Notes: a model not told the origin generated them from the sequence alone. Positions 1-11,124 are shown, counted from the first letter of the stretch. The stretch is DNA of 50,979 nt from a virus (IMGVR_UViG_2526164596_000013); one strand, 5' to 3'. Translations and numbers: made by a program.

Positions 1-573
1 GTGTTATCTTACTTAATAGCAATTCATTTTGTTTTACTTGGGAATTCTTCTGATTTAAAAAGCTTTTGGAAATCTGAAGTAATACGGCGGGAGTATATGG
101 ATATCTGGAGGCTTTTCAGAGAAAAAAAACAGCGTAACAGGAATTTCCTTTTCTGGTGGCGGCTGGCTAACGAAATGTATATTAATGGTAATAAATTACA
201 TAAGAAAGCTGCTAAAAAGTTAAACAATAAAATAATTAACAAATTTGGTTGCGAGATTGGACTGGGAGCAAAAATTGGAAAAGGGCTAACAATTCCTCAT
301 CACGTTGGAATTGTTGTTCATTTTGCTGTTGATGCTGGTGAAAATTTGGTGTTACGACAGAATACTACGATTGGACAGATAGATGGTGACATACCTGGTT
401 CAAGAGTAAAAATTGGTAGTAACGTTGATATCGGAGCTAATTGTTGCATCATTGGATTATCACGTAAAATCGGGGATAATGTAAAAATAGGCGCAATGTC
501 TTTTATAAATAAAGATATACCATCAAACTGCACATATATAACTAAAAAGAGCGGTGTTGTATTGTATAAATAG
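1..573 (+). CDS. hexapeptide-repeat (left-handed beta-helix) acetyltransferase-like protein; may be 5'-partial at window edge
   Basis: ORF begins at base 1 with GTG; product has tandem [LIV]G-hexapeptide repeats (GLGAKIGKG, IGSNVDIGANCCIIG, IGDNVKIGAMS); region is markedly AT-rich relative to the phage body; stop TAG 571-573 followed by hairpin terminator. Confidence 0.55.
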   Translation: MLSYLIAIHFVLLGNSSDLKSFWKSEVIRREYMDIWRLFREKKQRNRNFLFWWRLANEMYINGNKLHKKAAKKLNNKIINKFGCEIGLGAKIGKGLTIPHHVGIVVHFAVDAGENLVLRQNTTIGQIDGDIPGSRVKIGSNVDIGANCCIIGLSRKIGDNVKIGAMSFINKDIPSNCTYITKKSGVVLYK

Positions 574-580
574 AGCACAT

Positions 581-620
581 AAAGCCATCGATATTTCTAT
601 CGATGGCTTTTTCTTTTTAT
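581..620 (+). terminator. rho-independent terminator after acetyltransferase gene
   Basis: inverted repeat aaagccatcgata/tatcgatggcttt with 4-nt loop followed by ttctttttat. Confidence 0.5.
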
Positions 621-1194
621 TGTGGGGCGACTGGCCACTCAATATCCGCTGCTACTGTTGTATCAACACGGTTCAGCAACACCCGATACTTTTTCCAGGC
701 TTCCAGCAATGAGGTTTCTTCCTCCGTTGCGATTTCCAGATCTACAGCATCCTGAAGTGGCGCAATATGCTCACTGGCTACCTGCATCAGGCTGTTTTTG
801 TTTCTTCCGCCTCCCGGATCCGGAACAGTTTTTCTGCTTCTGCATCTTTCACCCAGGCTGTGCCGTTCCACTTCTGAAACTCCCCTTCCGGGGATAACCA
901 AGTGGCATTTTCCGGTAACGGACCGAGTTCAGAAATAAATAACGCGTCGCCGGAAGCCACGTCATAAACCGTTTTACCCCGATGATCTTCAACGAGATGC
1001 CACGATGCCTCATCACTGTTGAAAACAGCCACGAAGCCTGCCGGAATATCTGGCGGTGCAATATCGGTACTGTTTGCTGGCAGACCTGTATGAGGCGGAA
1101 TATATGCGTCACCTTCACCAATAAATTCATTAGTTCCGGCCAGCAGATTATAAATTTTTATGGTCCGTGGTTGTTCACTCATTCTGAATGCCAT
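617..1194 (-). pseudogene. tfa: tail fibre assembly protein Tfa, split into two frames by a 1-nt shortfall in a homopolymer (T5 at 795-799 on plus strand)
   Basis: ORF 787-1194 encodes the Tfa N-terminal part ([24 protein letters not shown]...) and ORF 617-901 in another frame encodes the C-terminal part (...[15 protein letters not shown]...[14 protein letters not shown]); join requires one extra A in the acaaaaac run. Confidence 0.7.
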
Positions 1195-4100
1195 TATGCA
1201 AGCCTCACAATATAGTTAAATGCGATGTTTTTGACGGTGTTTTCCGCGTTACCAGCAGCGTTAACGGTGATGGTATGTCCATGTGAACCAATCGCAACGG
1301 AGTGCGTATGAGCACCAATACCGACAGTATGTGCGTGTGCACCTGCGCTTGCAGCAGTACCCGATACAGAGTGCGTATGAGCGCCTGCAGAAGAAGTGTT
1401 AACACTGTATTTAGAATAATCAGGTGATCCACTTCCCGGAGCACCACTGGAACCACCTGAAACAAATGTCATCGAATGGGTATGTGCACCGGCTGAAGCA
1501 GCCGTACCGCTAACACTATGGGTATGCGCACCAGTGTTATTCGTGGATTTAGTGCCGTAATCAAACGACGATGTGGTTTTCGTCCCCAAATCCGTACTGG
1601 ATGCGCTGGCGCTGTGGGTGTGCGATTTAATGCCGTCCTGTTCCTGAGACAATACGGCACGACCACTGGCGGGCTTGCCCTTAATCGTCCAGCCACGCAT
1701 ATCAGGGATCACGCCTGACGGATAAGCAACTGCAAGTTTCGGGTAAGTAGATTTGTCAAAAGTCTGCCCCTGCATCAGGGCATAACCAGACGGAACGGTA
1801 TCTGATGGCCACGGGATTGGTGCACCGACTGGATAAAACTCTGCAGGAGGATGAGCCGAGGTGTAAAGCTGCGCCCACGGCGACCAGTTTGCGTCGGTCG
1901 TATCCCGTCGTGAACGAATAAATGCCGGAGCATGAGCACCGCTTGTACCACTCCAGCCGATGAGTAACTCACCTTCGCCAACGGCTGTCATCCCTTTCAG
2001 GTGAATGATATTTCCATACGCTGTTGGATATCCGTTGTTATACACCTCGTATAACTCAAGACCTGTTGCCCCCTGTGTATTGTCTGTCAGCGCGGTTACC
2101 CGACCTTTTGAAGACAGATTAACTGATGATACTGCTGTTCCACCTGACGGTAACGCCCCGATCTCTGATGCCGTTGGCTTATTTCTGGAGTTATAGTCCC
2201 TTCGCCAGCCAGGTGAATAATCTGTTCCGTGATTAATATAGGTAAACTGGGCGTTAGTTGTTCCACCACCAGTGGAGGTGGTCGGTGTGGTAATGCGGAT
2301 CGTCATCGCTGACTTTATCCCCATTACTTCAATGACAGCTCCGGCGAGATGAATATTACCGCAGCCAGTATCAGTAATGATTTTATTATTGCCATAAGAC
2401 CAGGAACCCTTGCACATCCAGTATGGATGGTTAAATGCTCCCTGAGAATCCAGCCACTCGATAAACTGTGCAGTCGTCCAGTTTCCTGTTGTTGTGCTTA
2501 CTGACCCACCGAAGGCACGGCAGGCACCAATATTTTTCGTAAAGGTGTCTTTGCCAGGGATATCCGCACCGTTCTGATCTTTCTGCAGACGTTTCTCAGC
2601 ATTGTCATTGGCTGCTTTTACTGCCTTTGGCGTTGCCGCCAGCGTTTCAGACGTGCTGTTGGTCGCGCTGCTTAGCTGGATTATCCCTTTCTGTGCTGTC
2701 GTTGCATCCTGTGCGGTGTATTTCCCGTTAGCCAGGTCATACGCGGCCTTAACGGCTTTTGGCGTTGCCGCCAGCGTTTCAGACGTACTGTTGGTCGCAC
2801 TGCTGAGCTGTACTATCCCCTTTTTCGTCGTGCTCGCATCCTCAAGCGCCACGGCGGATGCAATATCCTCTGCCCGTTTTGCCGCTGTCTCAGCGCGCGT
2901 TGCTGCAGATTCCGCCGTACTTTTGCTCTGAGCTGCCGCCGTCGCACTGCCAGCTGCCTCTGTCGCCTTCGTGGATGCCGTCGTGGCGCTACCCTTCGCT
3001 GCTGACGCCTGTCTGGTCGCCTCATCTTTTGAAGCAGACGCAGATGATGCCGATGACGACGCCGAACTGGCTGACGATGCGGCAGCCGTTTTTGAGGATT
3101 CTGCGCTGGTTTCCGACGCTTTCGCGTTCGTTTCGGATGTCTTCGCTGCGGAAGCAGACCTCGCTGCTGCGCTGGCCTGTTCAGTGGCTTCGCCAGCCTT
3201 CGTTGTGGCTGTTGAAGCAGACGATGCGGCGCTTTCTGCCGATTTTCCGGCGGCGGTGGCACTGGCTGAGGCCTGCCCGGCACTTGTTGACGCTGCACTG
3301 GCAGACGACGCAGCCGCTGTTTTTGAGCCTGCCGCAGCCGAGGCGCTCTGTCCCGCTGCCGTTTCAGAAGACCTGGCGTTCGTCTCTGACGTTTTTGCCG
3401 CCTTCGCGGAATTTCCTGCCGCTGTTGCCGAGGAAGCTGCGCTACTGGCGCTCGAGGATGCGTTCGTTTCTGATGATTTTGCCGCCTCTTTTGAAGCCGC
3501 CGCATCCCGGGCTGAGGTGGCAGCTTCTGACGCTTTCGTAGTCGCGGTGGATGCAGAAGTGGCTGCTGATTGTTGTGACGCTGCAGCATTCGTTTCTGAC
3601 GTTTTCGCGGCACTGGCACTGGTAGCTGCCGCGCTTTTTGAGGACTCTGCAGCGGCAGCACTTTTTGATGCTTCAGTGGCCTTTGTTGATGCCGTTCCTG
3701 CGCTGGAAGTCGCTGACTGAGCCGACGACGCGGCCTGTCCGGCTGACGTGCTGGCTGCGCGTGCTGAGCCTGCAGCATCAGTCGCATGGGTTGCCGCCTC
3801 ACGGGCTGATGTGCTGGCATCACTGGCTGACTTCTTCGCGGCTGCCGTGTTCTGTGCCACCACGGACGCGTTACGCGCCACCTCTTCCACCATCAGCTCA
3901 AAACGGCGCAGTGCCTCCGGACGGGCATCATCCTCCGTCATGGCACCGAGAAAATCATTCAGCGTACCGGGTCGGGAATCTTCATACACTGTGATGGTCC
4001 CGGCATGTGACGGTGGGAATCCTTCCACCAACAGAATAACGCTGTACTGACCGTACTCAACGTCCATACTGTAACGCCCGGCTTCATCCGGATTTTCAGA

Positions 4101-4223
4101 TGCCAGCGTGTTCACCACCACCGTGGTACTGTTACGTTTTGCTTTCAGCTGGATTGTGCAGTTCTGTACCGGTTTTCCTGTGCCGTCTTTCAGTACACCT
4201 GAAATTTTTACTGCCATATTCAC
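1194..4223 (-). CDS. stf: side tail fibre protein Stf (lambda-like, expanded Ala/Ser/Thr-rich repeat region)
   Basis: 1009-aa ORF; N-terminus [26 protein letters not shown] and C-terminus ...[38 protein letters not shown] match lambda Stf as recalled; overlaps tfa start. Confidence 0.85.
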   Translation of the reverse strand: MNMAVKISGVLKDGTGKPVQNCTIQLKAKRNSTTVVVNTLASENPDEAGRYSMDVEYGQYSVILLVEGFPPSHAGTITVYEDSRPGTLNDFLGAMTEDDARPEALRRFELMVEEVARNASVVAQNTAAAKKSASDASTSAREAATHATDAAGSARAASTSAGQAASSAQSATSSAGTASTKATEASKSAAAAESSKSAAATSASAAKTSETNAAASQQSAATSASTATTKASEAATSARDAAASKEAAKSSETNASSSASSAASSATAAGNSAKAAKTSETNARSSETAAGQSASAAAGSKTAAASSASAASTSAGQASASATAAGKSAESAASSASTATTKAGEATEQASAAARSASAAKTSETNAKASETSAESSKTAAASSASSASSSASSASASKDEATRQASAAKGSATTASTKATEAAGSATAAAQSKSTAESAATRAETAAKRAEDIASAVALEDASTTKKGIVQLSSATNSTSETLAATPKAVKAAYDLANGKYTAQDATTAQKGIIQLSSATNSTSETLAATPKAVKAANDNAEKRLQKDQNGADIPGKDTFTKNIGACRAFGGSVSTTTGNWTTAQFIEWLDSQGAFNHPYWMCKGSWSYGNNKIITDTGCGNIHLAGAVIEVMGIKSAMTIRITTPTTSTGGGTTNAQFTYINHGTDYSPGWRRDYNSRNKPTASEIGALPSGGTAVSSVNLSSKGRVTALTDNTQGATGLELYEVYNNGYPTAYGNIIHLKGMTAVGEGELLIGWSGTSGAHAPAFIRSRRDTTDANWSPWAQLYTSAHPPAEFYPVGAPIPWPSDTVPSGYALMQGQTFDKSTYPKLAVAYPSGVIPDMRGWTIKGKPASGRAVLSQEQDGIKSHTHSASASSTDLGTKTTSSFDYGTKSTNNTGAHTHSVSGTAASAGAHTHSMTFVSGGSSGAPGSGSPDYSKYSVNTSSAGAHTHSVSGTAASAGAHAHTVGIGAHTHSVAIGSHGHTITVNAAGNAENTVKNIAFNYIVRLA
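2627..2820 (-). repeat. tandem direct duplication (132-bp period) inside stf
   Basis: near-identical 62-bp cores at 2627-2688 and 2759-2820 (ttggcgttgccgccagcgtttcagacgt[g/a]ctgttggtcgc...), encoding KGI[VI][23 protein letters not shown] twice. Confidence 0.6.
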
Positions 4224-4227
4224 CCCA

Positions 4228-4256
4228 CAAAAAAGCCCGCCTGAACCGGCGGGCTG
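4228..4256 (-). terminator. rho-independent terminator downstream of lom
   Basis: on minus strand hairpin gcccgcc/ggcgggc followed by TTTTTT (plus-strand aaaaaa at 4229-4234). Confidence 0.5.
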
Positions 4257-4281
4257 TCATAACACTGTGTTACCTGGCTAA

Positions 4282-4881
4282 TCAGAATTTATAACCAACA
4301 CCCACGATGAATCCGTCAGTGCGCCAGTCACCACTGCCGGAGCCTTCATAAGCGACATCAATGGCCACGGATTCGGTCGGGTTAAACTGCACGCCAGCTC
4401 CCCACGCCAGAGACGTGTTGCTGTGGCGACCGTCATCACTTCCGGTCAGCACATCGTGCTTTTTCCCCTTGTTGTCAGTTACGCGGAGATAATCCCCGGA
4501 GAAAGTCGACACACGGCTGTAAGCCACACCCGCCATCGCATACGCGCTGAACCATTCATTCACGCGTACAGACGGCCCCGCCATCACGCTGAACCAGCGG
4601 TTACGCACGGAATCTTCATGCCAGCGGGTATCGCTGTAGTGCGTTTTTTGCTCATCCTCAGCATTGGCATAACTGAAGGACGTAATCAGCCCCAGCGCGT
4701 CCGTAAACTCATAACGGTATTTCACGTTAATCCCGTTCAGATTATCGCTGCCGGGAGCGTTCGTACGGGCATGAAGATACCCCGCGCTCAGTGTGGACTG
4801 ATGTTCAGACGCCCATGCAGGCGCACCGGATACGGACAGACAGATGGCTGCGGACAAAATGGCTGCACAAACTTTACGCAT
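4282..4881 (-). CDS. lom: outer-membrane protein Lom (Ail/Lom family)
   Basis: 199-aa ORF with signal peptide MRKVCAAILSAAICLSVSGAPAWA and beta-barrel-like C-terminus ending GYKF; position between J and stf as in lambda. Confidence 0.85.
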   Translation of the reverse strand: MRKVCAAILSAAICLSVSGAPAWASEHQSTLSAGYLHARTNAPGSDNLNGINVKYRYEFTDALGLITSFSYANAEDEQKTHYSDTRWHEDSVRNRWFSVMAGPSVRVNEWFSAYAMAGVAYSRVSTFSGDYLRVTDNKGKKHDVLTGSDDGRHSNTSLAWGAGVQFNPTESVAIDVAYEGSGSGDWRTDGFIVGVGYKF

Positions 4882-4903
4882 AATTACCTCTCGCTTTTCT
4901 GCA

Positions 4904-4930
4904 ATAAAAAAGGCGCCATTTCTGGCGCCC
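4904..4930 (-). terminator. rho-independent terminator downstream of J
   Basis: on minus strand hairpin ggcgcc-agaaat-ggcgcc followed by TTTTTT (plus aaaaaa 4905-4910). Confidence 0.5.
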
Positions 4931-4948
4931 GTATATGGGTTATAAAAT

Positions 4949-7900
4949 TCAGCTGATACTGATGCCTGCGGTGGCTTTCTTCATCACCACAACCAGCAAA
5001 TCGCTGATACTTGCTGTGGGATACCAGTTATTCACCAGCCATGCTGACACCGAAAACTCCAGTGTCATGTGACCGTGACCGGCAGGCATATCAATAACAC
5101 CACTGTAAATCAGCGTATTATCCAGCGCGGTACGGTTATAAATTTCAGCACCGTTTTTCCGCACTATCAGACGGCATGAGGAGTAAATATCAGTATGCTC
5201 TTTCTCATGTTTAGCGCCGCTGAATGCCACCGCCGGAATAACAATCTGCCGGTCAAACGGCTGATCGTCATAAACCCTGACGGTAATGGTCCCTGATGGC
5301 CACCGCTCCGGTGCACGGGAGTCCCGGGGGAAAGCTTTGCCCACTGTTTTAACGAGATCGCCTTCAATCTGGTTGGCGGACAGTTTTCCCAGAACCCGAC
5401 AGTTTTCGTTAATCGTGACGTTGTTGAGCGTCCCGGAGTTCGCATTCACGTTACCGCTGATATCGGCATTTTTCGCCGTCAGCCGCCCGTCCGGTGTCAG
5501 GGAAAATGCCGGAGGATTACCGCCGCTGGTAATGGTGGGAGCCGTCAGGTATTTCAGGAACACTTCGTTCATGAATATCTGATCGCCCTGACCAACAAAC
5601 ATCGGCTTTGTGTTGCCATTCGCAGGATTAATCATCGCAATCCGGTCAGCAGCCAGAAGCACCTGACTCTGCATACCTGCTGGCGTATTCTCAATACCGG
5701 CTCCGATACCCGCAATATAAAGGCGTCCGTCCTTCATCTGCTGCAGTTTCACGGCCCACATGCTGTTCAGGTTATTATTTGTATCAACCTGAACTTTCTG
5801 TATCTGCTGGATTGCCGCGCTCTGATTTTCCAGTTTTTTATTGACGGTCTGCGTGATTTCATTGCTGACATTCGTAATGGACGTCCTGATTTCAGCCAGA
5901 TCAGGCGCAAGCTGACCGTTATCAATCTGTGTCCACAACTCCTGAGCCAGATGGGTTTTCCCTATCTCTCCTTTGAAAAAATCCAGATAGCCGGATGCAT
6001 CATCACTCGGCTGGCCAACAGCCTCCACAAATGCCGATTTGCCAACAGTATTCACACTGCGGATATAAAAATAATAATCATGGCCCGGTTTGATATTGAT
6101 ACTGGCAGCTATCCAGTACAGCGCCGAGCCAAGATAGCGGGCTGCGGTTTCAACCTGCCTGATATCCGCAATCCGCTTTTCCGAGAACCAGAACTCAAAC
6201 TGTACCGTCGGGTCATAAACGGCAAGATGCGGCGTGGCGGTTATCTGAAAATAGCCCGGCGTCAGCTCAATCCGCGACGGTGCTGCCGGTGCGGCAATCC
6301 GGAAGGTGGTGGTGGCAGGTTCACCCTGCTGGCCATAGCTGTTTATCGCCCGCACCGTCAGGGTGTATTCCCCGAGCGGCAGGCCGCTGAAACGGTGCTC
6401 CGTGTCTGCGGTGATGGCGGTGGTCACCAGTCTGGCATCCGTTCCCTTACCACTGGTCAGGCGCAGACTGAAGCGCACACCCTTCACCACCCGCGGCGTG
6501 TCCCATTTCGCCTGCGCCAGATACTGGCCGTCAGCTGCGCTCACCTCCACCGTCAGGTGCTGCACTGCCGGTGGGATGACGCTGTTCAGGGAACCTGACT
6601 GCGGCTCAAAGCGGGCACCGTTATCCACGATGGCTTCTTTTTCCGGTACGTGCTGCACCGCCGTGATGGCAAAGGTGCCGTCCGTGTTTTCCCGGATGGA
6701 GACACAGCGGAACAGGCGACGGCGCAGTGACGGCAGGGAGAGTCCCCACACCCCGTATGTCTCCACACCATCAGGCAGGGTACTGACCTGTATCCGGTCC
6801 GGCGCGGGGTGTTCGGTGATGTCCACACTCACCGGCTTACCGCTGCCGTTAATCAGGTTCACCGTGGCGGCACCGGTCTCCGGAAGTGTCACTTCACGGT
6901 CCAGCGTCAGGGTGCGGGTGGCAGCATCAATGGACAGGACACGTCCGCCGGTCAGAGTCCCGGCATAGTCGTTATCACAGATTTCAATGATGTCACCGGG
7001 TGTGTGCCGCAGCCCCTGAGACCCGAGCGTGAAATCCACCGTCTGCGTTTCCAGCAGTTCAGTCTTTATCACCCACAGTCCGGCACGGTGGGCCTGACCG
7101 CGGCTGGTACAGCCGAACGCGTCCATCTTCAGCAGGTTGCGTCCGTAGCGCAGTATGGCTTCCGGGTCTTCCACCAGTTCCGTGGAGGTCTGCCAGCCGT
7201 TCTGCGGGTCGGTGTAATTCACCTCCACCGCCGTGTGCCGGTCCTTCAGGGCACTGAAGCTGTAGCGGAATCCCACGCCGTTATCATCCACCACCACATC
7301 GCTGTTGGTGTACGGCCACACCACATCCGACGGGCGGTCCTGAACGAACGTCAGCGTCTGACCGTTCCATACCGGCATACAGCGCATCGCAGAGCAGAAA
7401 TCACTGAGAACGTCCCACGCCTTACGCTGTTGTGCCAGGTACGCATTAAAGGTCATCCGCGGCTCTGTCCCCCCGAAACCATCCGGGACCGTCTGGTCGC
7501 AGTACTGCCCGATGGCATACAGCGCCCACTTGTCCACATCCGCCGCCCCCAGACGTTTTCCCATGCCGTAGCGCGGGTGAGTCAGCATGTCCCACAGGCA
7601 CCAGGCCGGGTTGTTGCTGTATGCCGGTTTCAGACTGCCGTCCCAGATACCACTGTACGTGCGTTTTTCCGGGTCATAGTTTGACGGCACCTGGATGATG
7701 CGACCGCGGATATGGTAGTTCACCGTCATCTGCTGGCCGCCGAACTGCTCCGCATCCACCTGCAGCCCCACAATGGCCGTGTTCGGGTAGCACTGTTTCA
7801 CATCGATGATTTCGGTGTATGACGACCACAGCGTCTTATTCTGCAGCTGGTCCGTGGTGCTGTCCGCCGTCTCCCTGACCATCCGGATGTTAAAGGGCCG

Positions 7901-8422
7901 GGGAGGCAGATTATCCAGAATCACCGAGGCCAGGAACTGTGAGGTGGTCTTGCCGTTAATGGTGACGTCCTTTTCCGTCACCCAGCGGCCATTACGCTGT
8001 AACTGAATCAGAATCCGGACAGAGGAAGGATTACGGTCGCCCTTTGACGTGGTCTGCACCAGTGACTGCACCCCGAAGGTAACCCGCAGGCGGTCAATGT
8101 TCGCGGACGTAATGGTGCGCGTCACCGGTTTTGCCTTCGTCACTTCCACGCCCAGTCCGGTTTCAGCTCCGGAGGACTCAAAGCCTTCCGGTGGTGTCTG
8201 CTCCTGCTCCCCGGCGCGCCAGACCGCCGTCACACCGTGTATCACGGGATTGCCGTCCGTGTCCGTCAGTGGGGTTTTGTTCACCAGAATACTCTGCAGT
8301 CCCTTCACCGGACCTTCTATCGGTCCCTCACCAATCGCATCAATCACACTCATCATCTGCGTGGATTTGAGATTATCCTTCGCCTCACGAGGCGTGTGTG
8401 CCTTACCGCCACCTTTTCCCAT
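4949..8422 (-). CDS. J: tail tip / host-specificity protein J
   Basis: 1157-aa ORF; N-terminus [37 protein letters not shown] and long internal stretches match lambda J as recalled. Confidence 0.9.
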   Translation of the reverse strand: MGKGGGKAHTPREAKDNLKSTQMMSVIDAIGEGPIEGPVKGLQSILVNKTPLTDTDGNPVIHGVTAVWRAGEQEQTPPEGFESSGAETGLGVEVTKAKPVTRTITSANIDRLRVTFGVQSLVQTTSKGDRNPSSVRILIQLQRNGRWVTEKDVTINGKTTSQFLASVILDNLPPRPFNIRMVRETADSTTDQLQNKTLWSSYTEIIDVKQCYPNTAIVGLQVDAEQFGGQQMTVNYHIRGRIIQVPSNYDPEKRTYSGIWDGSLKPAYSNNPAWCLWDMLTHPRYGMGKRLGAADVDKWALYAIGQYCDQTVPDGFGGTEPRMTFNAYLAQQRKAWDVLSDFCSAMRCMPVWNGQTLTFVQDRPSDVVWPYTNSDVVVDDNGVGFRYSFSALKDRHTAVEVNYTDPQNGWQTSTELVEDPEAILRYGRNLLKMDAFGCTSRGQAHRAGLWVIKTELLETQTVDFTLGSQGLRHTPGDIIEICDNDYAGTLTGGRVLSIDAATRTLTLDREVTLPETGAATVNLINGSGKPVSVDITEHPAPDRIQVSTLPDGVETYGVWGLSLPSLRRRLFRCVSIRENTDGTFAITAVQHVPEKEAIVDNGARFEPQSGSLNSVIPPAVQHLTVEVSAADGQYLAQAKWDTPRVVKGVRFSLRLTSGKGTDARLVTTAITADTEHRFSGLPLGEYTLTVRAINSYGQQGEPATTTFRIAAPAAPSRIELTPGYFQITATPHLAVYDPTVQFEFWFSEKRIADIRQVETAARYLGSALYWIAASINIKPGHDYYFYIRSVNTVGKSAFVEAVGQPSDDASGYLDFFKGEIGKTHLAQELWTQIDNGQLAPDLAEIRTSITNVSNEITQTVNKKLENQSAAIQQIQKVQVDTNNNLNSMWAVKLQQMKDGRLYIAGIGAGIENTPAGMQSQVLLAADRIAMINPANGNTKPMFVGQGDQIFMNEVFLKYLTAPTITSGGNPPAFSLTPDGRLTAKNADISGNVNANSGTLNNVTINENCRVLGKLSANQIEGDLVKTVGKAFPRDSRAPERWPSGTITVRVYDDQPFDRQIVIPAVAFSGAKHEKEHTDIYSSCRLIVRKNGAEIYNRTALDNTLIYSGVIDMPAGHGHMTLEFSVSAWLVNNWYPTASISDLLVVVMKKATAGISIS

Positions 8423-8627
8423 ACAGCCTTCCCCTGAATAAATTAACCGCCACTTGCCATTCCGTACAGAAGTCGGATATCCTTCGCCCGAAAAGCATGA
8501 AACACATTTCTGCCATGCTAAAGAGAAACCCCGGTATCAGCAGATACCGGGGTTTTCTTTCATGCCCACCGATAATCCTGTTGGTTAAAACCGGTAATGG
8601 CATAAAAATTCTGAATATCTTCACATT

Positions 8628-8760
8628 TTCACACACTGACTGTGGCGCTTATAATTTCGCTGCGTTAGTGTTTTTTTGCCCGAGTAACAAAAACAACTCC
8701 TTAACATTGATCTTCATTTGTCTGTCCCCGCAGCTCCGCGATCACTGCGGGATTTTTTTA
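8628..8760 (+). ncRNA. candidate small RNA: sigma70-like promoter plus intrinsic terminator inside the I-J intergenic insertion
   Basis: TTCACA (8628-8633) - 16 nt - TATAAT (8650-8655); about 70 nt downstream a hairpin ccccgcag/ctgcggg (8726-8751) followed by attttttta; no convincing ORF in between. Confidence 0.3.
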
Positions 8761-8764
8761 TGTT

Positions 8765-9445
8765 TTATCCCTGTCGCCCGATAACCACGACCGTTCCGCC
8801 CCCGCCTTCATCACGGGTGCTGATGTCCTGGGATATACGGCGGGAGCCAACCAGCATTTCCCCGTAAGGCACCGGCATCGGGTTCCCCTGGGCAATCATG
8901 TTATCCAGCGAGGAAAAGTACGTGTTCTGTCTGCCGTTATCCGTTGCGCGGTAATCCGGTGTTTTTGCCTTCGGGGCCAGCATCTGGGCCACACCGCCCA
9001 GAATCATGCTGGCTCCAAGTGAAAACAGCATCGTGGTGGCAGAAAAACCACCGGCTGCCAGGGCTGAACCCCATAACGCCATTGATGCCCCGGCAGTGAA
9101 GAAAGAGCCCACGATGGCTGCCGCCCCCAGCACAATCTGCAGTCCACCCTTTCCGGCCCCGGCCAGTCGCGGCACAATATGGATGACCGTTCCCTCACCC
9201 AGCTGTTCGTGAAGACGGGCGTACACCGCCTCCGGTGCCGTGTCATAACCGGCAATACGTATCTGGTACCAGCCTTCGTTCATCTGACGGCGAAAGCCCG
9301 GCACCTGTAACGACAGCGCCCGGATGGCTTCCGCTGCCGTGTTCACATACAGGCTGAGGCGGCGGCCAAATCGTTGTAAATCCCCGTGAAGGCAGATGCG
9401 TGCCAGTGGCGGTGACGCCAGACAGAATGCGTTCGTCGTTGCCAT
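8765..9445 (-). CDS. I: tail assembly protein I
   Basis: 226-aa ORF; MATTNAF...ARICLHGDLQRFGRR...TYFSSLDNMIAQGN...VVVIGR matches lambda I as recalled. Confidence 0.8.
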   Translation of the reverse strand: MATTNAFCLASPPLARICLHGDLQRFGRRLSLYVNTAAEAIRALSLQVPGFRRQMNEGWYQIRIAGYDTAPEAVYARLHEQLGEGTVIHIVPRLAGAGKGGLQIVLGAAAIVGSFFTAGASMALWGSALAAGGFSATTMLFSLGASMILGGVAQMLAPKAKTPDYRATDNGRQNTYFSSLDNMIAQGNPMPVPYGEMLVGSRRISQDISTRDEGGGGTVVVIGRQG

Positions 9446-10086
9446 TTTTCGGAATACCTCTCCCGTTTACTCAGTTGTTCAGGCAGATGGTGAAGCAGCT
9501 CACCGTTGCCGCAGTAAATGGCGGCATGGTTCGGTACCGAAGCACCAAAGCAGCACAGCAGAATATCGCCCGCCTGTGCAGAGGACAGGGGCACCCGGTA
9601 AAAGCCGGTGACCGCCATATTGTCCAGGTAAAGGTTCTGACCGTTGCGCCACCAGTCATCCTCGCGATGAAAATCCGGCATCTCAGTCCCCGCCAGATGA
9701 TAAGCATCCCGGAACAGCGTGTAACAGTCCGTCACCCCGTGCTCAAAGCGCCGTCCTGTCAGATGTGGCACACAGCGGAATTTGTGAATGTCACCCCGGC
9801 AGACCAGCCACCAGGGCAGTGCGCTTTTTATCTGCAGCCGCCGGTCAGCCTCGCTCAGCCAGGGCAGCCCACCGGGATGACTGTGGACCAGTGCCACAAT
9901 CTCCCCCTGCATCTCTGCCCGCAGCCAGTCTTCCGGTGCGATACGAAAATACGCCTCCGGCTCTGCAGAAATATTCACACAAGGGATATACCACTCCCCC
10001 TCCGGCGTGCTTATCACGAAGCCACACGACTCCGCAGGCGCACACCGCCGGGCATGCGCCAGAATCGCTGATTCAGTCTGTGTCAT
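9343..10086 (-). CDS. K: tail assembly protein K (NlpC/P60-MPN family); 3' end overlaps I in another frame
   Basis: start chosen at MTQTESAILAHARRCAPAESCGF (ATG at 10086) inside the longer ORF 9343-10347; HSHPGG motif and catalytic Cys region present; 3' extent uncertain. Confidence 0.65.
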   Translation of the reverse strand: MTQTESAILAHARRCAPAESCGFVISTPEGEWYIPCVNISAEPEAYFRIAPEDWLRAEMQGEIVALVHSHPGGLPWLSEADRRLQIKSALPWWLVCRGDIHKFRCVPHLTGRRFEHGVTDCYTLFRDAYHLAGTEMPDFHREDDWWRNGQNLYLDNMAVTGFYRVPLSSAQAGDILLCCFGASVPNHAAIYCGNGELLHHLPEQLSKRERYSEKWQRRTHSVWRHRHWHASAFTGIYNDLAAASACM

Positions 10087-10096
10087 AAACCGGGAT

Positions 10097-10795
10097 TTAC
10101 TGCGAAAGTTTATTAATGGAAAGGAAACCGCCAAAATTGCCGACATTCCTGCGCAGTTCACACCCGCGCATGCACTTGCTGCATCTGTCCTTACGGATAT
10201 CCGTGGTGGGGTTGTCGAACTCATCCGCCACCGCAGGACCGTTATACCCGCATTCATCTCCCCGGTAATCCCACATACAGGTGTTCGCCAGCATGATGCG
10301 ACCGGGAAACAGCGCCCCGTCCGTCTCGGTCGGTGTAGCCAGCACAAACGAGGCCGTCATGGCTGTCAGCTGCGACATCTGCTCCACCACCCAGCGGTCA
10401 CTCAGCTCCTGCTCCGGGTCCGCCTCCGGATTGCCCGCAACGAAATTCACCGCATCCAGAAAACGGGCATACACCCGGCGGCGGACCACCGTGGCCCCCA
10501 CCAGACTCTGCAGGTCTTCCGCCATCCCGGTGACCAGACCGAACAGATTGGACACCGTCAGCGACGGTCTGGCACTGCTGCCCCGGCCGTTCATCTCAAA
10601 GCCGCTGCCGTCAATCGGGTATGCCTCATACTTACGCCCCTGCCAGGTGACCGGCTCCCCTTTTTCATTCAGCTCATTACAGAAAAAATACCGCTCACCA
10701 CCCTGTACCGTCAGGTCGATTTCCCAGAGTACCACCCGCGGTGACTGCTCTGACTTAACCGACTCGTTCAGACTTTCTTCGCGAATATCCTGCAT
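10097..10795 (-). CDS. L: minor tail protein L
   Basis: 232-aa ORF, same length and position as lambda L; Cys-rich C-terminus. Confidence 0.75.
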   Translation of the reverse strand: MQDIREESLNESVKSEQSPRVVLWEIDLTVQGGERYFFCNELNEKGEPVTWQGRKYEAYPIDGSGFEMNGRGSSARPSLTVSNLFGLVTGMAEDLQSLVGATVVRRRVYARFLDAVNFVAGNPEADPEQELSDRWVVEQMSQLTAMTASFVLATPTETDGALFPGRIMLANTCMWDYRGDECGYNGPAVADEFDNPTTDIRKDRCSKCMRGCELRRNVGNFGGFLSINKLSQ

Positions 10796-11124
10796 CAGTT
10801 CACCACCTGCTTAAACTCCGCGCTGAACTCAACGCGCAACATCCCGACCCGCGCAGACCACCCGGCACAGGTCACCTTTATCTGCCGGTATGCATAGGGT
10901 GGCTTCCACAAAAATGCCTTCCAGCCACCGTGCTCTGCCAGGAACGCTTCCAGATGCCGGGCCTCCTCCCGGGTCACGGAAAGCGTCACCCTGTATGTTT
11001 TCAGGTCAGCATTCAGCCCTGCCGCCATACGCTGTGAGTACCCGTCACCAAAACGCACTTCACGCACCGATGGCTGCGAGTTCACCTCCATATCCGGCTT
11101 CACTTTCCAGCGAAAGGTTTTCAT
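10795..11124 (-). CDS. M: minor tail protein M
   Basis: 109-aa ORF, same length and position as lambda M. Confidence 0.75.
   Translation of the reverse strand: MKTFRWKVKPDMEVNSQPSVREVRFGDGYSQRMAAGLNADLKTYRVTLSVTREEARHLEAFLAEHGGWKAFLWKPPYAYRQIKVTCAGWSARVGMLRVEFSAEFKQVVN

Noticed and set aside
2602-4050. Several long ORFs on both strands inside stf (2602-2931+, 2813-3823-, 2858-3541+, 2971-3720+, 3638-3994+, 3748-4050+)
   Set aside because: They lie within or antisense to the Ala/Ser/Thr-rich repeat region of the side tail fibre gene; products are low-complexity (Arg/Pro/Gln or Ala/Asp-rich) shadow frames of a well-supported gene
5951-7684. Plus-strand ORFs antisense to J (5951-6598, 6363-6968, 6809-7684)
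   Set aside because: Fully contained within the strongly supported J gene on the opposite strand; no RBS; Arg/Pro-rich composition typical of antisense frames
8398-8784. 128-aa plus-strand ORF spanning the I-J intergenic insertion
   Set aside because: Starts inside J antisense sequence, crosses promoter and terminator elements, and has no RBS; the region is more likely non-coding
9343-10347. Using the full 334-aa ORF as gene K
   Set aside because: The first 87 codons overlap the 3' end of L in another frame; the conserved K N-terminus MTQTESAILAH begins at ATG 10086
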